Assembly (NCBI GenBank): GCA_036306585.1
Contig: JAXJZF010000007.1
Location: 55,990-119,989, forward strand
DNA: 64,000 nucleotides
DNA from: Eggerthellaceae bacterium
GTDB lineage: Bacteria > Actinomycetota > Coriobacteriia > Coriobacteriales > Eggerthellaceae
Direction: 5' to 3'
In this document: one piece after another, positions 35,041 to 42,795 of the stretch
How the letters are laid out: the number at the start of each line of letters is the position of its first letter
How positions within the stretch are numbered: position 1 is the first letter of the stretch
Position numbers and translations under genes: made by a program
The notes under the pieces: model-generated
Seen by the model: the letters and a program-made list of their open reading frames with translations, nothing else
Told to the model about the DNA's origin: nothing
Databases searched by the model: none

Positions 35041-35928
35041 ATGCACACCGATCAACTTGTCCACCGCCCGCCCTACGACATGAACTGCCCAGTGCTCCAG
35101 GTCACACGCGGCTGCTCGCATGGCAAATGCCTGTTCTGTGATATTCAGGAAGGCAAGCGCTTCCAGCCGGTGCCTTTCGAGGAGCTCGTCGAGGACATCG
35201 ACGAGCTGGCACAAGGCGCCACGCAGCTCACGAAACGCATCTACCTGGCAGGTGGCAACCCCTTTGTCCTGCCCAACGGGCAGCTCATCAGAATCTTCGA
35301 TGCCGTCGAGGAGCGCATCCCCACCGTGTGCAGCTACGGCGGGTTCGCGCGCATCACCGACTTCAAAGACAAATCCGACGAGGAGCTTGCCGCCCTTGCC
35401 GCCCGCGGCGTGACCGACCTCACCATCGGCGCGGAAAGCGGCTGGGACGAGATCCTCGAGTACATGCAGAAGGGTCAAACCGGCCAAGACCTCATCGAAC
35501 AGGGCAAACGCCTGCATAAGGCGGGGATCCGCTTCACCTTCTTCTACCTGGCGGGCATGGCTGGCGCGGGGAAGGGACAGCAGAACGCCTTGGAATCCGC
35601 CCGCGTGTTCAGCGAAGCGGCGCCCGACCGCATCCTCGTGGTCACGCTCACGCCCGCGAAAGCATGGCCGCTCGCTGACGAGATCGCCGCGGGCAAATGG
35701 GTGCCATACGGCGAGCGCGAGGCGGCGGAGGAGATCCGCACGTTCATCGCCAACCTCACCTGCGACACCAGCGTCATCGCCTCGCATGACACCGACGTGA
35801 TCCGCTTCGAGGGCCTCATCCCCCAGAACCACCGGCAGATGATCGAGCTGATGGATAACTACATCCCCAAGATCAACGAGAAAGCCGCCCGCCGCTTCCG
35901 TGAGCTCATCCATAAAGCGGCGTTCTAA
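35041..35928 (+). CDS. Radical SAM family protein with non-canonical CX4CX2C cluster motif, function unknown
   Basis: VTRGCSHGKCLFCD checked against the DNA (tgc tcg cat ggc aaa tgc ctg ttc tgt). Also AGGNPF and GAESG motifs typical of the radical SAM TIM barrel. GGAGGAG RBS before the ATG at 35041. Confidence 0.75.
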   Translation: MHTDQLVHRPPYDMNCPVLQVTRGCSHGKCLFCDIQEGKRFQPVPFEELVEDIDELAQGATQLTKRIYLAGGNPFVLPNGQLIRIFDAVEERIPTVCSYGGFARITDFKDKSDEELAALAARGVTDLTIGAESGWDEILEYMQKGQTGQDLIEQGKRLHKAGIRFTFFYLAGMAGAGKGQQNALESARVFSEAAPDRILVVTLTPAKAWPLADEIAAGKWVPYGEREAAEEIRTFIANLTCDTSVIASHDTDVIRFEGLIPQNHRQMIELMDNYIPKINEKAARRFRELIHKAAF

Positions 35929-35951
35929 GCGCCCCATGCAACGCCGAAGCG

Positions 35952-35986
35952 AAAAACGCCCGCCGGAAAACCCAGCGGGCGTTTTT
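35952..35986. terminator. Bidirectional intrinsic terminator
   Basis: AAAAACGCCCGC-N11-GCGGGCGTTTTT, shared by the radical SAM gene (+) and the membrane protein gene (-). Confidence 0.8.
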
Positions 35987-36029
35987 CGCGGGATGGCAGC
36001 GCGCAAACGTGCGGGCGCAAGCACGCTGG

Positions 36030-36455
36030 TCATCGCGCTACATGCTGCGCCCGCACGTAGTTTGCGGCGAACAGAATGCCCGCCAAAGCCAGCGCGCAAC
36101 CCAAACCGGTGTAGAACACAGCGATGAACACGTCGGGGGCGAGATGCAGCATGCGGATGGCGATGCCGCCGGACATCATCACCGCCATGATGACGAACGA
36201 TTTTCCGTCGAAAAACTTCACGAACAGTTGCCGCGCGTCGCCATACTCCTTGATGCGCTTGGTGTGCTTGGCGGCAAGTTTGTGGAACACCATGAACCAG
36301 AACACGAGGCCGACGGCGATCGACAGCACCACGTTCAAGGCGCTAACATAGCCCAACGCATACTCCTCGATGCCGATATGCACGATATTCGCACCGGCAA
36401 CGAACCAGACCGCGGCGGCTATGAGCAGAAGCGTGGTGTTCTTCACTTTGAACAT
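36030..36455 (-). CDS. Hypothetical 4-TM membrane protein (141 aa)
   Basis: MFKVKNTTLLLIAAAVWFVAGANIV... Start at 36455 behind an AGGAGGG RBS. Divergent from the TetR gene. Confidence 0.6.
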   Translation of the reverse strand: MFKVKNTTLLLIAAAVWFVAGANIVHIGIEEYALGYVSALNVVLSIAVGLVFWFMVFHKLAAKHTKRIKEYGDARQLFVKFFDGKSFVIMAVMMSGGIAIRMLHLAPDVFIAVFYTGLGCALALAGILFAANYVRAQHVAR

Positions 36456-36466
36456 GGGCCCTCCTG

Positions 36467-36494
36467 TGAACACTGTTCATCTGAACTTCGTTCA
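36467..36494. promoter_or_regulatory. Two tandem 13-bp palindromes TGAACnnnGTTCA (candidate TetR operators)
   Basis: TGAACactGTTCA (36467-36479) and TGAACttcGTTCA (36482-36494), immediately followed by TGtTAGAAT (extended -10, 36495-36503). A third ATGAAC-N13-GTTCAT sits at 36563-36587. Confidence 0.55.
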
Positions 36495-36621
36495 TGTTAG
36501 AATCGCCCGATCGGCACGGCAATGGAATCCAGCCGTTTCCTTCCCCGGCAGGGGAATTCAGCATGAACCCTCCACCAGGATGTTCATCGCAAGCAAGCAT
36601 CGTAAGCAAGGAGGCAAGGCC

Positions 36622-37194
36622 ATGTCATCCCGTGCGACGACCCGCAAAGCCATCGTCGAAGCGGCATACGCCCGCGCCCAGGAAGAAGGGGTCGGGTCGC
36701 TGAGCGTGCGCGGCATCGCAGCCGACTGCGGCGTTTCCATCGGCACGATCTACAACCATTTCCCCGACAAAGCGGCCCTGGTGACCGAGGTCATTAGCAT
36801 GTTCTGGGAGCGCATCGCGCTCCCCTCCCCCGGCGCGACGTGCTTTTCCTACAGTCCGGGCGAGAACTTGATCGGGTACTGCAGACGCGTCGCGCAGACC
36901 CTGGGCAGCGCCCTGCAGAGATTCCGGGAGAAATGGCTCGTCGACCTTTCCTCGCTGGACGGCAGAACGCTCCAAAGCAGCCACGAAGCCGAGAAGCGCT
37001 GCTTCGCGCACGTCGAGCGCGGCATAGCGATGGCGGCGCACAACGATGCCTCCATCGCATCGAGCGCACGCGACAGCCTGGAAGCGAACATGCTGTCGCA
37101 TTTCATCTGGACGAACATGCTGGCCTCGCTTAAGGAGGGGGATCAGGACTGCAAGGTGCTGTTCGAGATCCTCGATCGGGCGCTATACCGCTAG
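36622..37194 (+). CDS. TetR/AcrR family transcriptional regulator
   Basis: TRKAIVEAAYARAQEEGVGSLSVRGIAADCGVSIGTIYNHFPDKAALV = TetR HTH. AAGGAGG RBS. Confidence 0.88.
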   Translation: MSSRATTRKAIVEAAYARAQEEGVGSLSVRGIAADCGVSIGTIYNHFPDKAALVTEVISMFWERIALPSPGATCFSYSPGENLIGYCRRVAQTLGSALQRFREKWLVDLSSLDGRTLQSSHEAEKRCFAHVERGIAMAAHNDASIASSARDSLEANMLSHFIWTNMLASLKEGDQDCKVLFEILDRALYR

Positions 37195-37279
37195 GCCCCG
37201 AAATGCAACGGCCCGCAGCGTCCGAACGCGCTGCGGGCCGTTGCTGAAGGCCTGGCGGACGCAAGCCGAAACCCGCCCC

Positions 37280-38194
37280 TCATTCGGGAGAGATCTTCTT
37301 CGAGGCCATGCGGCCGAAGAAGCGCGCCAGAAGGTTGAACACCAGGATGCACACCATCAGCACGGCGGCGGTGCCATTTGAGACCATATCCAGATCGGGC
37401 ACGACGCCTTCGGAGTTGATCTTCCAAATATGGACGGCCAGCGTCTCCGCCGGACGGAAGATGTTCCAGGGGCATGCGGGGCTGGTCAGGTCGAAGTTGG
37501 TGAAGTCCAGCGAGGGGGCCGACTGTCCCGCGGTGTAGATGAGAGCCGCCGCCTCGCCGAACACACGGCCCGCCGACAGAATGATGCCAGTGATGATGGC
37601 GGGCAGGGCCGCGGGCATCAGCACGTGGATGGTGGTTTCCCAGCGGCTGGCGCCCAGTGCCAGGCCGCCTTCGCGCTGGTCGTCGGGGATGGCCTCGAGA
37701 GCCTGCTGAATGACGCGCACCAGAATGGGCAGGTTGAACATCGTCAGCGCCAGGGCACCAGAGATGATGGAGAAACCCCAGCCCATCTGAAGCACGAAGA
37801 ATAAGAAACCGAACAGGCCGACCACGATGGAAGGCAGCGAGGACAGCGCCTCGATGACCGTCTTCACTACATTGGTGATCTTGTTCACCGGCGCGTATTC
37901 GGACAGGTAGATCGCCGCGCCCAGTGAGATGGGGACCGAAATCACCAACGTCAAGACCAGCAGGTAGAACGAGTTGAACAGCTCAGGGCCGATGCCGCCG
38001 CCCGCTTTGAACTGCTCGGGGTCGCCTGTGAGGAAGTTGATGTCGGTGAGCTTGCCGAAGCCGTTCACCAGGATATAGGCGATGATGGCGACCAGCACCA
38101 CGCAGATGAAGGCGACGATGAGGGTGAGCACGCCCGTGGCGATGCTGTTCTGCGAAGCGATGTGCTTCGCGTAGGCCTTTTCGTCCTTAGCCAT
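37280..38194 (-). CDS. pstA: Phosphate ABC transporter permease PstA
   Basis: 304 aa, 6 TM segments, EAA-type loop ...ALGASRWETTIHVLMPAALP... Confidence 0.9.
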   Translation of the reverse strand: MAKDEKAYAKHIASQNSIATGVLTLIVAFICVVLVAIIAYILVNGFGKLTDINFLTGDPEQFKAGGGIGPELFNSFYLLVLTLVISVPISLGAAIYLSEYAPVNKITNVVKTVIEALSSLPSIVVGLFGFLFFVLQMGWGFSIISGALALTMFNLPILVRVIQQALEAIPDDQREGGLALGASRWETTIHVLMPAALPAIITGIILSAGRVFGEAAALIYTAGQSAPSLDFTNFDLTSPACPWNIFRPAETLAVHIWKINSEGVVPDLDMVSNGTAAVLMVCILVFNLLARFFGRMASKKISPE

Positions 38195-39131
38195 TCTTCT
38201 TCAACCCTCCCTTATGCTCGATGAAGTGGATAATGGCGATGAACACCAGCGACATGATGAGCAGCAGCAGCGCCAGCGACCACAGCACGTTGGAGTACAC
38301 GGTGCCGGTCATCTCGTTGCCGATGCCCATGGTCAAAACCGAGGTGAGCGTGGCGGCGGGGGTGAACAGACCGTCGGGCATCTGGGCGGCGTTGCCCACG
38401 ACCATCTGGACGGCCAGCGCTTCGCCGAAAGCGCGGGTCATGCCCAGCACCACCGCAGTGCACAGCGAGGGCATAGCGGCGCGCAGGACCACGTGCCAAA
38501 TGGTCTGCCAGCGCGAAGCCCCCACACCATAGGAGCCTTCGCGGTAGGCGCGGGGCACCGAAGTGAGCGCGTCGATGGAAAGCGAGGTGATAGTGGGAAG
38601 GATCATTAGCGCCAGCACAATGGACGACGACATGATGCCGTAACCGGTGGTGCCGGTGAGATCGCGCATCACGCTCACGATGATTGTCAGACCCAAAAGG
38701 CCGTACACGACCGAGGGAATGCCCACCAGCAGCTCGACGACCGGCTGGAACACGCTGCGACCGAACTTGGGGGCGATCTCCACCACGAAGATGGCTGACC
38801 CGATGGCGAACGGGATGGCGATGACGGTGGATAGCAACGTGACCGAGAACGAGCCCACGATCATGGGCAGCGCGCCCACGGTGGGCATGCCGTTTGCGTC
38901 ATCGACATGCGGGTTCCACTCGGTGCCCGTCAAAAACGCGATGGGATTGATGCCATTCACGAAAAACGTCGCCAGACCATGCTGGGCGACCATAAAGATA
39001 AGGGTGATGACCAGCAGCACCACGATGGCGATGCAGGCCGCCGACACCGTTTTGCCGGCAAGGTCGACGCGGCCCTTCTTGCTGAGCTTGCGCCGCCCAC
39101 CCTTTGCGGGGGTGTCCTGTGCGGTTGACAC
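38187..39131 (-). CDS. pstC: Phosphate ABC transporter permease PstC
   Basis: ...GSYGVGASRWQTIWHVVLRAAMPS... Start set at GTG 39131 (GAGGAAGG RBS, 7-nt spacer). 8-nt overlap with pstA. Confidence 0.88.
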   Translation of the reverse strand: MSTAQDTPAKGGRRKLSKKGRVDLAGKTVSAACIAIVVLLVITLIFMVAQHGLATFFVNGINPIAFLTGTEWNPHVDDANGMPTVGALPMIVGSFSVTLLSTVIAIPFAIGSAIFVVEIAPKFGRSVFQPVVELLVGIPSVVYGLLGLTIIVSVMRDLTGTTGYGIMSSSIVLALMILPTITSLSIDALTSVPRAYREGSYGVGASRWQTIWHVVLRAAMPSLCTAVVLGMTRAFGEALAVQMVVGNAAQMPDGLFTPAATLTSVLTMGIGNEMTGTVYSNVLWSLALLLLIMSLVFIAIIHFIEHKGGLKKNG

Positions 39132-39285
39132 GGATGAACCTTCCTCTTCGATACCGCGTAAAACGGAGGGCCGCGCCTCCCACCGAGTTTGCGAGGCGGG
39201 AAGCACGCGGCATGCCGCCGCAACGATCCATTGCACGAAGAAGCCCCCCGAGGTGCCCCGGGGGGCTTCTCCAGGAAAGGGAAGC

Positions 39286-40233
39286 CTAGAGCTCGGTGAC
39301 GTTGCCCTCTGCGTCCTTCTCGACCTTCATGCCGGAAACCGGGATGTAGCCGTTCTCCTCGACCAGCGAGCCCTGGACCTCATCGCTCATCATGTAGTCG
39401 ATGAAGGCCTGGGTGGCCGCGTCGGGCTCAAGAGCGGTGTACATGTGCTCGTAAGCCCAGATGGTCCAGGAATTGTCTTCGACGTTGGCGGTCTCAGGAG
39501 CGACGCCGCCCACCGACAGAGCCTTGGTGGAATCGTCGAAGTAGGAGAATGCCAGGTAGGAGATAGCGCCAGGGGTCTCGGAGACCATCTTGGCGACGGT
39601 GCCCGAGGAATCCTGCTCCTGGAACGTCGCGGATTCCTGGTCGCCCAGGACGGCCGCCTCGAACACCGCACGGGTGCCGGAGCCGGACTGGCGGTTGATG
39701 ACGACGATCTCCTCGTCGTTGCCGCCGACCTGGTTCCAGTTGGTCACCTCGCCGGTGAAGATGCGGGCCAGGTCCTCGATGGAGATGTCATCGATGGCGA
39801 CGTCGGAGTTGACGATGGGGCCCATGCCCACGACGCACACGCGGTTGTCCTTGACCTTCTCGGCGTCGGCGGGATCCTCGACCTTCTCCTCGGCGAACAC
39901 GTCGGAGTTGCCGATCTGCACAGCGCCCTGCACGATCTGGGTGATGCCCTGGCCGGAACCGCCGCCCTGGATGGTGATCTGGACGTTGGGGTTCTCTTCC
40001 ATGAACTGCTCGGCCGCAGCCTCCACCAGCGGCTGCAACGCAGTGGAGCCGACGGCGGTGATGCTGCCGGAAACGTCGGCGGCGGCTTCCTCGCCGCCCT
40101 CTTCGCCGCCCTCGGTGGCGGCGGAGCCGCTGTTGCTGGAGCAGCCCGCCATGGTCAGGCCGGCAAGCGCAGCGGTGCCACCTGCAACCGTCAGAAAGCG
40201 GCGACGGCTCATGGAATTCTGCGTGATCTGCAT
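39286..40233 (-). CDS. pstS: Phosphate-binding lipoprotein PstS
   Basis: SRRRFLTVAGGTAALAGLTMAGC (Tat-like signal + lipobox), then ...GSTALQPL...GGGSGQG...SGSGTR... Confidence 0.9.
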   Translation of the reverse strand: MQITQNSMSRRRFLTVAGGTAALAGLTMAGCSSNSGSAATEGGEEGGEEAAADVSGSITAVGSTALQPLVEAAAEQFMEENPNVQITIQGGGSGQGITQIVQGAVQIGNSDVFAEEKVEDPADAEKVKDNRVCVVGMGPIVNSDVAIDDISIEDLARIFTGEVTNWNQVGGNDEEIVVINRQSGSGTRAVFEAAVLGDQESATFQEQDSSGTVAKMVSETPGAISYLAFSYFDDSTKALSVGGVAPETANVEDNSWTIWAYEHMYTALEPDAATQAFIDYMMSDEVQGSLVEENGYIPVSGMKVEKDAEGNVTEL

Positions 40234-40323
40234 GATCGTTGTTCCTTTCCTCAGAACTTTCGTTCACTCGTCGCGGGTGCATCCCCGCGCACTCGCTAAT
40301 CGTAGGAAGCCGCCATCAGAGCC

Positions 40324-40352
40324 TGATAAGGGACGTGCAAAATCTCTGTTAA
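40324..40352 (-). promoter_or_regulatory. Candidate Pho box: three phased hexamers TTAACA / TTTGCA / TTATCA upstream of pstS
   Basis: The minus strand reads TTAACAgagatTTTGCAcgtcccTTATCA, with hexamer starts 11 and 12 nt apart. The array ends about 19 nt before a TACGAT -10-like hexamer. Confidence 0.3.
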
Positions 40353-40397
40353 GTCGGCTTCGGCGAACCTGCCCCGCGTAAAGCGGGCCCAGGACCA

Positions 40398-41060
40398 CTA
40401 GTTCAGCGGCTTGCCCTTGTATAGGCCCGTGATGGAGTACTCCACCCACTCGGCAATGTTCTGGGCGTGATCGCCCACGCGCTCCAGGTACTTGGCGGCC
40501 ATCATGGCCTCCACCAGGTTCGCGGCGGGGTCGGTTTCCGCCTTGATGCCATCGATGACATCCTGCTTCACGCGCTCGAACAGCTCGTTGACTCCATCGT
40601 CGGCGCCGATGACGGCATGGGCGCGCTCCTCGTCGCGGTTAACGTAAGCGCCGACGGCTTCGTGCACCATCGCGCTCGCCCGCCCGGCCATGGTGGCCAG
40701 ATGGCTCTTCAGCGCGGAATCGAAGCCGCCGTCGAGCGTCAGCACCACTTCGGCGATGTCGGCTGCCTGATCGCCGATGCGCTCCAGGTCGCCCACCATC
40801 TTCAGGGCGGCGCCCACGCGGCGCAGATCGCCCGCCACCACCGGCTGCTGCATGAGGAGCAGCTTCAGGCACAGGCTTTCGATGTCGCGCTCGAACGTGT
40901 CGATGTCGTCGTCGCCCGCGATGATCTCGCGCGCCTTGCCCTGATCGCGCGTGGAGAGCACTTCCACCGCCGCCATCAGCGCCGTCTCGGTGGCCGCTGC
41001 CATGTCCTTGAGCTGCTCGTTGAGCTGCTCAAGCTGCGAATCGAACCTCGCACGAGGCAT
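40398..41060 (-). CDS. phoU: Phosphate signalling complex protein PhoU
   Basis: Two PhoU repeats (..DDDIDTFERDI.. and ..DDGVNELFERV.. with ..ERIGDQA../..ERVGDHA..). ATG at 41060 lies 4 nt after the pstB stop. The track start at 41072 is a TTG. Confidence 0.9.
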   Translation of the reverse strand: MPRARFDSQLEQLNEQLKDMAAATETALMAAVEVLSTRDQGKAREIIAGDDDIDTFERDIESLCLKLLLMQQPVVAGDLRRVGAALKMVGDLERIGDQAADIAEVVLTLDGGFDSALKSHLATMAGRASAMVHEAVGAYVNRDEERAHAVIGADDGVNELFERVKQDVIDGIKAETDPAANLVEAMMAAKYLERVGDHAQNIAEWVEYSITGLYKGKPLN

Positions 41061-41064
41061 GAAA

Positions 41065-41889
41065 TCACCCAAACCTTCCCGTGATGTAGTCTTCGGTGCG
41101 CTTGTCGGAGGGGTTGCTGAACAGTTTCTCAGTGTCGTCGAACTCCACCAGGTCGCCCAGCAGGAAGTAGGCGCATTTGTCGGACACGCGCGCCGCCTGC
41201 TGCATGTTGTGCGTGACCATGACCACCGTGTAGTCCTTCTTCAACTCGACCGCCAGCTCCTCGATGCGGCTGGTGGAAAGCGGGTCCAACGCGCTGGTGG
41301 CTTCATCCATCAGCAGCACGTCGGGTTCGACCGCCAGAGCGCGCGCGATGCACAGACGCTGCTGCTGGCCACCGGAAAGCGCCAGGGCGCTGCCCTTCAG
41401 GCGATCCTTCACCTCGTCGAAGATTGCCGCCTTGCGCAGGGCGGTTTCCACGATCTCGTCGAGCTTGTCCTTGCTTTTCGTGCCGTGCGTGCGCGGGCCG
41501 AATGCCACGTTGTCGTACACGCTCATGGGGAAGGGGTTGGCCTTCTGGAACACCATGCCGATGCGCTTGCGCAGCAGGTTGACGTCCATGTCCTTGCTGT
41601 AGATCTCCTCGCCGTCAAGCGTCACGGACCCTTCGATGCGGCACCCGTTGACCATGTCGTTCATGCGGTTGAGCGTGCGCAGCAATGTGGACTTGCCGCA
41701 GCCCGAAGGCCCGATGAACGCCGTGATCTGGTTCTGGGGAATTTCCATGTCGATGCCATGAAGCGCATGGAAATCGCCGTAGTACAGGTCGAGATCCTTC
41801 ACGGTCATCTTGATGGAAGCCGGAGCACGGTCGTTGGCGCCCTCATAGGCGACCTTCCCCACTATGCCCTGTAGGCTGGCTTCTACCAT
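41065..41889 (-). CDS. pstB: Phosphate ABC transporter ATP-binding protein PstB
   Basis: [34 protein letters not shown]. Confidence 0.93.
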   Translation of the reverse strand: MVEASLQGIVGKVAYEGANDRAPASIKMTVKDLDLYYGDFHALHGIDMEIPQNQITAFIGPSGCGKSTLLRTLNRMNDMVNGCRIEGSVTLDGEEIYSKDMDVNLLRKRIGMVFQKANPFPMSVYDNVAFGPRTHGTKSKDKLDEIVETALRKAAIFDEVKDRLKGSALALSGGQQQRLCIARALAVEPDVLLMDEATSALDPLSTSRIEELAVELKKDYTVVMVTHNMQQAARVSDKCAYFLLGDLVEFDDTEKLFSNPSDKRTEDYITGRFG

Positions 41890-42004
41890 TCAATCTTCCT
41901 TTCGCCTTTGCCGGAGGCTTGCGCCGGTTCGAGCCGCCCGCCGCCCCGGTAGGAGCGCGCGGGACCCGAAAGCGCATGTGCCAACGCAGAACTCTATGGG
42001 GCGG

Positions 42005-42043
42005 GAATTAAGAGAACGTCAGACGGATGTCATTTTTTGGTAA
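42005..42043 (-). promoter_or_regulatory. Candidate Pho box: four hexamers at strict 11-bp phasing upstream of pstB
   Basis: The minus strand reads TTACCAaaaaaTGACATccgtcTGACGTtctctTAATTC, then TAGAGT as a possible -10. Confidence 0.3.
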
Positions 42044-42082
42044 AAGCAAAAGCGCCCGCAGGGGGTGACCCTGCGGGCGCTT
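42042..42082 (-). terminator. Intrinsic terminator of the GyrI-like gene
   Basis: AAGCGCCCGCAGGG-tcac-CCCTGCGGGCGCTT followed by TTGCTTTTACC. Confidence 0.85.
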
Positions 42083-42103
42083 GAACAGGCGGGGACGAAG
42101 ACG

Positions 42104-42577
42104 CTATGCGCGCACCGAGCTGAAGATGGTGCAGACGCTGTTGCCCTGCTCGTCGGTCGAGTACGCCTCGAAATCGGCGATGTCGCCGCGCGGGAAATCG
42201 GGGCCGTAGATGATGTCCCACGCCGCGTCCATGGTATCGGGGGTCACATCGAAGCGGGCGTACGTACCAGCAGGGATGGTGAACTCAGCCATGCCCTCAG
42301 GGACCGCGCCATCGGCGGGACAGCCGATGATGGCATCGTATTCCCACACGCTGTAATCGTAGTTGCAATAGATCGCATAGATGCCGTAGGGCTCGCTGCC
42401 GCGTCCCTCGATCTCGTTGATGCGGCCCTCGGGAGTTGCGGGCTGGCCCATAGGAGCGCCCAGCAGGCTACGCCACAGGTTGGGGATCTTCAGGCTGCAC
42501 TCGCCCGTGGTCGATTCGATGCGGTCGCGCACGCCCACAACACGCGTTTCGGGAAATTCTACGAGCTTGTATTCCAT
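42104..42577 (-). CDS. GyrI-like small-molecule-binding domain protein
   Basis: MEYKLVEFPETRVVGVR...IPNLW...YGIYAIY...FTIPAGTYARFDV...DFEAY. Confidence 0.75.
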   Translation of the reverse strand: MEYKLVEFPETRVVGVRDRIESTTGECSLKIPNLWRSLLGAPMGQPATPEGRINEIEGRGSEPYGIYAIYCNYDYSVWEYDAIIGCPADGAVPEGMAEFTIPAGTYARFDVTPDTMDAAWDIIYGPDFPRGDIADFEAYSTDEQGNSVCTIFSSVRA

Positions 42578-42795
42578 GGCTGCCTCGCTTTCTTGGAAGG
42601 GCCGATTCACCGGGCATCATGAGCGCCCTTTCCGCGACCTTAGCACACCCGGCACGCCTTCGCCAGGAGCTTTCGCCAGGCTGCGCATGCTATAGTGGAA
42701 GGGTCCGCGGGAATCGCCATGCAGTTTGCATAAGCAGGCGCAACGCCTGCGCACGGCGGCCCGTGCCCACACGCATCCTCGAAAAGGAGCACATC

